From: Candidatus Heimdallarchaeota archaeon
GTDB lineage: Archaea > Asgardarchaeota > Heimdallarchaeia > Hodarchaeales > Hodarchaeaceae
Length of the DNA: 64,000 nt
Assembly: GCA_011364965.1 (NCBI GenBank)
Contig: RDOB01000001.1
Coordinates: 1 to 64,000, forward strand
Direction: 5' to 3'
Shown here: positions 58,732 through 64,000 of the stretch, in pieces
Position numbering within the stretch: position 1 is the stretch's first letter
Layout of the letters: each line of letters starts with the position of its first letter
Made by a program: the position numbers and the translations under genes
The notes under the pieces: generated by a model
Databases searched by the model: none
What the model saw: the letters and a program-made list of their open reading frames with translations, nothing else
What the model was told of the DNA's origin: nothing

Positions 58732-61428
58732 TCAACCAAAAAAGTCCATGAGATTGATTTGACCAGTTGCTACTTCTGTTGTATCAATATCTAATGCTCC
58801 AAATAATTGATCGAATATCGAATCTATCATTGAACGATAGGATTTGATATCTATTTTGGTATCTTCTGTATAAAGCTCTAATGGGATAACATGTTTATCT
58901 GTTTGAGTTTTAATGTACTTTATTAATTGGCCAGCCTTAATAAAGGATTTATTGCTAGAATTTCCATCGTGTGTCTTTTTATATTGTTTTTGGAGCGAAT
59001 TTTCTAATTGTTTGGCTGCTTTAACATGTTGAGCATTCACTTTATACGCATGAAGGGGTTGCGTTAATTGCATTGTAATTGCTAAGTCCTCTCCTGTATA
59101 TTTCCCATTTTCTAATTTCTGATATATATTTTTTACCAATTCCTTAACTTTATTCTTAGCAATATCAAAATCTTCTTCTGAATGGACTTCAGAAAGTATT
59201 TTGAGTACATCTGCGAAGCCATCTTGGAGGAACATTGGTGTATTTCTTTTTTTACCCATTAAACCCTTTACATCAACACTCGAATCAGGATATACACCAA
59301 AATAATTTTTCTTCCGCTCAGATAACACCACATATCGATATATCTTTTCCATCTCCAAGCTTACTTCCAATTCAGCTGTACTCCAATTAATAATTTCCTC
59401 TATTTCTTGTTTTGAAGGATTTTCTAAGAAAACTGAATCTGTATCTCCATATAAAACCTTTATCCCTAATATTTGTGCTTTTTGTATTGTTTTCTCGATA
59501 GCGTCCCTCCCGTAAGCGGTTGTTGAGTCCGCAACGGGTAAGCAATATAATGGAAATCGATCACTTCCCAAGACTCCATATGATGCATTTATCAAAACCT
59601 TTAGACTTCTCTCCAAAATACGATTAAAAATTTGATTTGAGGACTTTCTCTTAGATTCAGGTTTTATCCAACGCACTCTAACATCCTTTATGAAACCGAT
59701 GATATCAGACATGATCCCCCTGTTTTCCTGACAAACCCAATACTTGGTTTGAGGAACGTGATTTTCCTTGCATTTTTCATGATTGCATAAAATTGTTTCA
59801 TAACTCAAATTAAACGTACCAATAATTGAAGGATATAGTGAGGCAAAATCCAACACTGCGACATTGAAATGAACTCCAGGAACAGGATCTATAACTCTAG
59901 CACCTTTATACTTCTTTCCTTTTATAATTGCTTCAGAACTAGCTTGAGTTCCTTTGATTAACAGATCTTCTGGATTAGGTATTAATAATCCGCGTCTTCG
60001 ATGTTCAAAATAAAATAAGCTTTTTACCCAAGTTGAAACGCTCGTTCTGACTAAATCATCGATGGGTGTACGAGAGACCCTTGAAAGTATAAATATTAAA
60101 TTTAGGGGGGTTTTTTCGTCAAATAATAATAAATCCAACGTGATTTTTGCATCACGGAGACAATAATTTATTAATTCCCACTCTGGTAACTCCGAAATAC
60201 CAGTACTTATCTTTAACTTTCCTATGCCAAGTAAAGCCTCTGCAATCGCATTAAGATTCTCTTCACGGTATTTATTTCCAAATGCATATGTTTTAATGGC
60301 AATATTATGATAGAAACGATACAAATCTAAATGAAGGGCACTTTTAAAGTTACAGTCCCCGCTCCTTTTATTCCAAATGATTGGATTTGTCTCACGAATT
60401 TTAAGATGTCTAGCGCGTTCATGCAGGTATGGAAAATCAAAATTATCCCCGTTGAAAGAAGTTACAACAGTATATTTAACAAGGAGTTCAAAAGCTCTTT
60501 TAATTAAGTCCTCTTCGGCGGTAAACCGTTCTATTATTAATTCTGAAGGGATAATTTCTGTTTTTTCACCTCTATCAATCTCATCCCTATTTAATACTAA
60601 AGCATATTCTTTCCCTCTATTATCAACTAAACAAATACAGATAATTCGGAATTTAGGATCACTAGGTTGAGGAATTTGCCCTTCTTCGTATTCAGTCTCA
60701 ATGTCACATGCTACAACAGGCATATCAGGAATTTCTTGAGTAAAATCATCGATAAAAACATCTATTAAACCTTCGTATTGTTTAAGATAATTTAGTGCCG
60801 TATCAGGTATATTCATACCTGAAGTTGAACTTTTAGCCTCAATAAACTTATAATTCTCTTCATCCCACCAATATTTACGTCCAGGAACCAGTTGTGTATC
60901 GTAAAGCCAGTTTTGATGGTATTTTATCTTCGATTCCCATGTATCCCCCAGAACATCTCGAACTTTGGGAACTTCGCTAGGAGTAGGAGTATAAATCTTA
61001 GTAAGGTTAACTTCCGAGCTAGCAAGTAAATCTTTTTTATTAATCGACTCAAAACGTTTGATGGTACCTTTTGGAAATTTATACTGCTCGAGCTTTTCTA
61101 TGGGTTCACGAGATAGGCAGTAGGGAACATGGCCATAAGGATCGTTGATATATAATACTCTTTGATTAGCAGTATCGTAAAGTTTGATCCCAGCTCCATT
61201 GAATTTAGCATCATAAACCGTACTCAGAATAAAATAATCAGTATAAGATTTCAACTGGTAGCTTTCAACTTGTACTTTATTCCCTACTCTCTCCTTATTG
61301 GAGACTCTGTTCAATTCATGGAATAATATATTAGTTTTAGTATTATTTTCTTGAGTTATTTTTTTAGGAATTGATGTGGATCCTTCAACAAATTCATCAA
61401 GTTTTGGTGACATAATATTTACAACCAA
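58732..61428 (-). CDS. polB: Family B DNA polymerase (PolB1-like), intact
   Basis: Exo I DIE, Exo II FNGDNFDFPYL, Exo III YCLRDA; DFASLYPS, KVLINASYG, YGDTDS, KKNY; C-terminal PIP box QINLMDFF. Confidence 0.96.
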   Translation of the reverse strand: MVVNIMSPKLDEFVEGSTSIPKKITQENNTKTNILFHELNRVSNKERVGNKVQVESYQLKSYTDYFILSTVYDAKFNGAGIKLYDTANQRVLYINDPYGHVPYCLSREPIEKLEQYKFPKGTIKRFESINKKDLLASSEVNLTKIYTPTPSEVPKVRDVLGDTWESKIKYHQNWLYDTQLVPGRKYWWDEENYKFIEAKSSTSGMNIPDTALNYLKQYEGLIDVFIDDFTQEIPDMPVVACDIETEYEEGQIPQPSDPKFRIICICLVDNRGKEYALVLNRDEIDRGEKTEIIPSELIIERFTAEEDLIKRAFELLVKYTVVTSFNGDNFDFPYLHERARHLKIRETNPIIWNKRSGDCNFKSALHLDLYRFYHNIAIKTYAFGNKYREENLNAIAEALLGIGKLKISTGISELPEWELINYCLRDAKITLDLLLFDEKTPLNLIFILSRVSRTPIDDLVRTSVSTWVKSLFYFEHRRRGLLIPNPEDLLIKGTQASSEAIIKGKKYKGARVIDPVPGVHFNVAVLDFASLYPSIIGTFNLSYETILCNHEKCKENHVPQTKYWVCQENRGIMSDIIGFIKDVRVRWIKPESKRKSSNQIFNRILERSLKVLINASYGVLGSDRFPLYCLPVADSTTAYGRDAIEKTIQKAQILGIKVLYGDTDSVFLENPSKQEIEEIINWSTAELEVSLEMEKIYRYVVLSERKKNYFGVYPDSSVDVKGLMGKKRNTPMFLQDGFADVLKILSEVHSEEDFDIAKNKVKELVKNIYQKLENGKYTGEDLAITMQLTQPLHAYKVNAQHVKAAKQLENSLQKQYKKTHDGNSSNKSFIKAGQLIKYIKTQTDKHVIPLELYTEDTKIDIKSYRSMIDSIFDQLFGALDIDTTEVATGQINLMDFFG

Positions 61429-61833
61429 AATATTAAATTAAGATTTTCAAAGCAAATGCATAACGATCAATCTGATACATTTAATACATACCAGAAGTTT
61501 ATTTGATTTGTTTATAATATTCTAGTATTAAAAACTTCATAACCGTATTTTCTTAATGGCAATCTCTTCTTATTGGTTTTTTTATTCTTATTATTACGCT
61601 TGGGACAAATATTCAATTTTAATTTATAAGAGAGAGCTCCTAGCAATTAAAAAACCAAAATATTGGATAAATACAAAATTAACAGATTTTAATGTTTTTC
61701 ATAATTTAAAGGAAAGAAAATTAAATAGGAAGGGGAGATATTTTTAGACAGAGCTTTTTGGATATTTTATGAAATGCAGAGTGTTGTAATTATACTCCTA
61801 TAAAACAATAAAACGTAATTCGTGTGACATGAG

Positions 61834-62169
61834 ATGAGTTCAATTGAATTAAATGCCAAAAAAATTGAAACTTTAACTAAAGTGGCGAGACTGCTTGGAG
61901 ATCAGCTTCGAGAACAGAATAATAAGATTGAACAGTTACAGATAGAATTAGAAAAATTAAAAGAATTATTTAAAAGTAAAATTGAGTCCAATTCTGCTGT
62001 TTTAACAGAGGAAAAAGATATCAAAATAGCACAACAAATTAAACCAACCTTAGCTTCAAGGCAAGCTCCTGAAGTTGCAAAATTAGCTCAACAAAAAGCT
62101 ACTGCTAGAAACATCTCATCTGAAAAAGAAGAATTAAGAAAAGCATTAAAAATCATTGAAGAATTATAA
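61834..62169 (+). CDS. Small coiled-coil protein
   Basis: Heptad-rich N-terminus, linker, terminal amphipathic helix. Confidence 0.6.
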   Translation: MSSIELNAKKIETLTKVARLLGDQLREQNNKIEQLQIELEKLKELFKSKIESNSAVLTEEKDIKIAQQIKPTLASRQAPEVAKLAQQKATARNISSEKEELRKALKIIEEL

Positions 62170-62181
62170 TAAGGATTCTTA

Positions 62182-63846
62182 CTATCTCAAAACTTGACGT
62201 ACCAGTTGTCTTATTTCTAAGGGTACAAAATCCTTATTTCCTAAAAGTGCGTCTTTATATGATCGATTTCTATCTCTCCACTCTGTTGTATCCAACTGAT
62301 ACAGCTCTTCTCCTGTAGATGATATTATAACTTTTAGAATTCGATTATCCACAAAGTCGTTAAGTTTCTTAGTCAAATTTGAAACGTTTTCAAACGAAAT
62401 GTTTAGAATTTTACGTAGTTGTTCTTTGGATAGAGAATTTTCTGCCCCTAGTATAAATAAGATCCAATTATCAGGATGTGCTAAGAAAGTTTTAACTAAA
62501 TTAGTAACTATTTGCACATTCACACTTTCTGCACCTGTTAATTGTCCTTGCTTCATTGTAAATTCCTGAGTAACTTTGTAACTTAATTCCCTCTCTGAAT
62601 TCGAATGACTAAGTTGAGCTAACCGATCTTTCAGAATATCAACTTCTTCTCTGAGCTGAGTGAGATCTTTCACGACATGAGAGTCTTGATATTCTGGAAT
62701 TTTTGATGTATCGTCCGTTAAATCTGCTTTCAGAAGCAATCGCTGTTTCATTTCTTCATATTCGCGTTTCATTTGGATTAAAATATATTCGAATTCCTCA
62801 ATTTTCTCTGCAAGATGATCTGCGATTTCTTCATCGATTCCACGAGACCAAGCTAGTTTTTCTGGAACTCCTTGAGTAGTTTTATTGAGCTCTCTTTCCA
62901 AATTAGATTTTATTGTTTCCAGTTCAATAATTCTTGACTCCTGATTTTGAATTTTATTTTTTAGACCAGATAAAATGGTAGGAGATGTAAGAATAATTTC
63001 ATTATCAGAATTTTTTGGAATTCGATATACTGGCACAAAAGCTCCTGCTCCTTCGATTATAGATCCGTCTATGATCTCCACCCCCAATTGCCTTAATAAT
63101 ACAACTAACTCCTCTGTTTCATCGTTTTTTCTAAACATAAACATATCCTCCCCATGACGGTAAATTCGCGAAAACCTTAGCCATGTGTTCACGAAATCTA
63201 AAACATCCTGCTCATCATCACAATTGGAAACCGATCGTATTATCTCTGGAAAGTTGGCTTCATATTTACTGGTAAAAACCTTTACAAGTGCTGAGCAAAT
63301 TTGAACAGGAATCTTTATATAATAACCCCTTTGATTTTGGGCAATTTCACCTTCTGGACATAATTGAATATCAAATATTGAGTCAAATGTTTCTAGTAGA
63401 GCATCTATCTTTTCTCGTTGGTCAGTTTGATAAGTTCCTGTGAGAAATACATTCTTTGAAAGCGTTAATAATCCTAACAATTTTGCTAAAGAATTATTCT
63501 TGGTTTTCACTGGAAGCTTAATCGGTAATTGGTTTTTCTTGTTACCAATACTGGTTACTGTGAAAGAAATTAAGAAAAGTTCTTGAGGATCAGTCACTAA
63601 AAGCTTAATAGTAGAAAGAGGAATTGACATCTCTGGATTTGATCGATATCGAGACCATTGCGCACGACTAACGATTGGTTCAAGATTTTTTAGAACAACA
63701 CTTTTCTGAAACACAAATCTTCTCCCTCTAGGGGTTAAATTAACGCGCGTATCATCTGCAAAATGTTCTAAGGATAACCATTCATCAATAATGTGCTCTG
63801 CATCCTGTTCGGATTCGGATTCTAAGATAGACTCGTGGATTTTCGT
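62182..63846 (-). CDS. Hypothetical protein: HTH/degenerate LAGLIDADG-like N-terminus, coiled coil, C-terminal wHTH (ORF track starts at 63714; frame is open upstream)
   Basis: 510 aa ORF plus an in-frame upstream extension after GGAGGA; coiled coil near aa 250-370; wHTH-like tail. Confidence 0.6.
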   Translation of the reverse strand, partial: TKIHESILESESEQDAEHIIDEWLSLEHFADDTRVNLTPRGRRFVFQKSVVLKNLEPIVSRAQWSRYRSNPEMSIPLSTIKLLVTDPQELFLISFTVTSIGNKKNQLPIKLPVKTKNNSLAKLLGLLTLSKNVFLTGTYQTDQREKIDALLETFDSIFDIQLCPEGEIAQNQRGYYIKIPVQICSALVKVFTSKYEANFPEIIRSVSNCDDEQDVLDFVNTWLRFSRIYRHGEDMFMFRKNDETEELVVLLRQLGVEIIDGSIIEGAGAFVPVYRIPKNSDNEIILTSPTILSGLKNKIQNQESRIIELETIKSNLERELNKTTQGVPEKLAWSRGIDEEIADHLAEKIEEFEYILIQMKREYEEMKQRLLLKADLTDDTSKIPEYQDSHVVKDLTQLREEVDILKDRLAQLSHSNSERELSYKVTQEFTMKQGQLTGAESVNVQIVTNLVKTFLAHPDNWILFILGAENSLSKEQLRKILNISFENVSNLTKKLNDFVDNRILKVIISSTGEELYQLDTTEWRDRNRSYKDALLGNKDFVPLEIRQLVRQVLR

Positions 63847-64000
63847 AAATATTCCTCCATCTGTGATATTGAAACGTATTTCTTTAAGTCCATGAATTTA
63901 TTAATTAGATTAATTGGGTCTGATATAATAAATATAATGGTAACATGTAATTATTATTTTGTTTGAAAAAGAAGAAAAAAGCCTTTTCTATGGTTGGTTT

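Noticed and set aside
2481-63157. Short antisense or overlapping ORFs in the track (e.g. 2481-2816, 5036-5473, 43898-44353, 52079-52657, 48800-49078, 61556-61747)
   Set aside because: They are shadows of well-supported genes or AT-rich low-complexity frames with no motifs.
1-64000. CRISPR array, rRNA, provirus or replication origin
   Set aside because: No regularly spaced repeats, rRNA-like GC-rich tracts, viral hallmark genes, cdc6/orc1 or ORB-like repeats were seen. The long AT-rich gaps (29379-29859, 47344-47735, 61429-61833) lie between divergent genes and look like promoter regions.

Overview
AT-rich, gene-dense chromosomal segment of an Asgard archaeon, probably Heimdallarchaeia/Hodarchaeales-like. 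The assignment is inferred from archaeal core genes (radA, rpl15e, aIF2a/b, GINS, Nop10, archaeal ThrRS) co-occurring with eukaryotic-signature genes (Arf GTPases, roadblocks, ubiquitin/E1/E2/JAB, ESCRT-II). Left to right it holds: a truncated ISH3-like IS; radA divergent from an 8-gene type IV pilus operon that runs straight into a full-length PolD large subunit (DP2) whose catalytic DGD aspartates and PIP box are lost; housekeeping genes; an ~10 kb locus with two Arf GTPases, a CCDC47-like membrane protein, JAB, E2, a UEV-like protein, Ubl, E1, a winged-helix/RING E3 candidate, an SPFH protein and a Vps22/36 protein; a GINS-S27e-aIF2a-Nop10-Ard1 operon lacking L44e; tRNA-Thr(GGT) with a D-loop intron; prepilin peptidase next to MglB/MglA, a roadblock and a TPR protein; an orphan atpB; ribosome-biogenesis genes; and an intact PolB. 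The best candidates for undescribed systems are (1) the pilus operon with a catalytically dead PolD and (2) the ubiquitin-like cascade linked to CCDC47-like and UFL1-like proteins. At least four genes seem to need non-ATG/GTG/TTG starts. All family calls are from motif recognition by eye; no searches were run.
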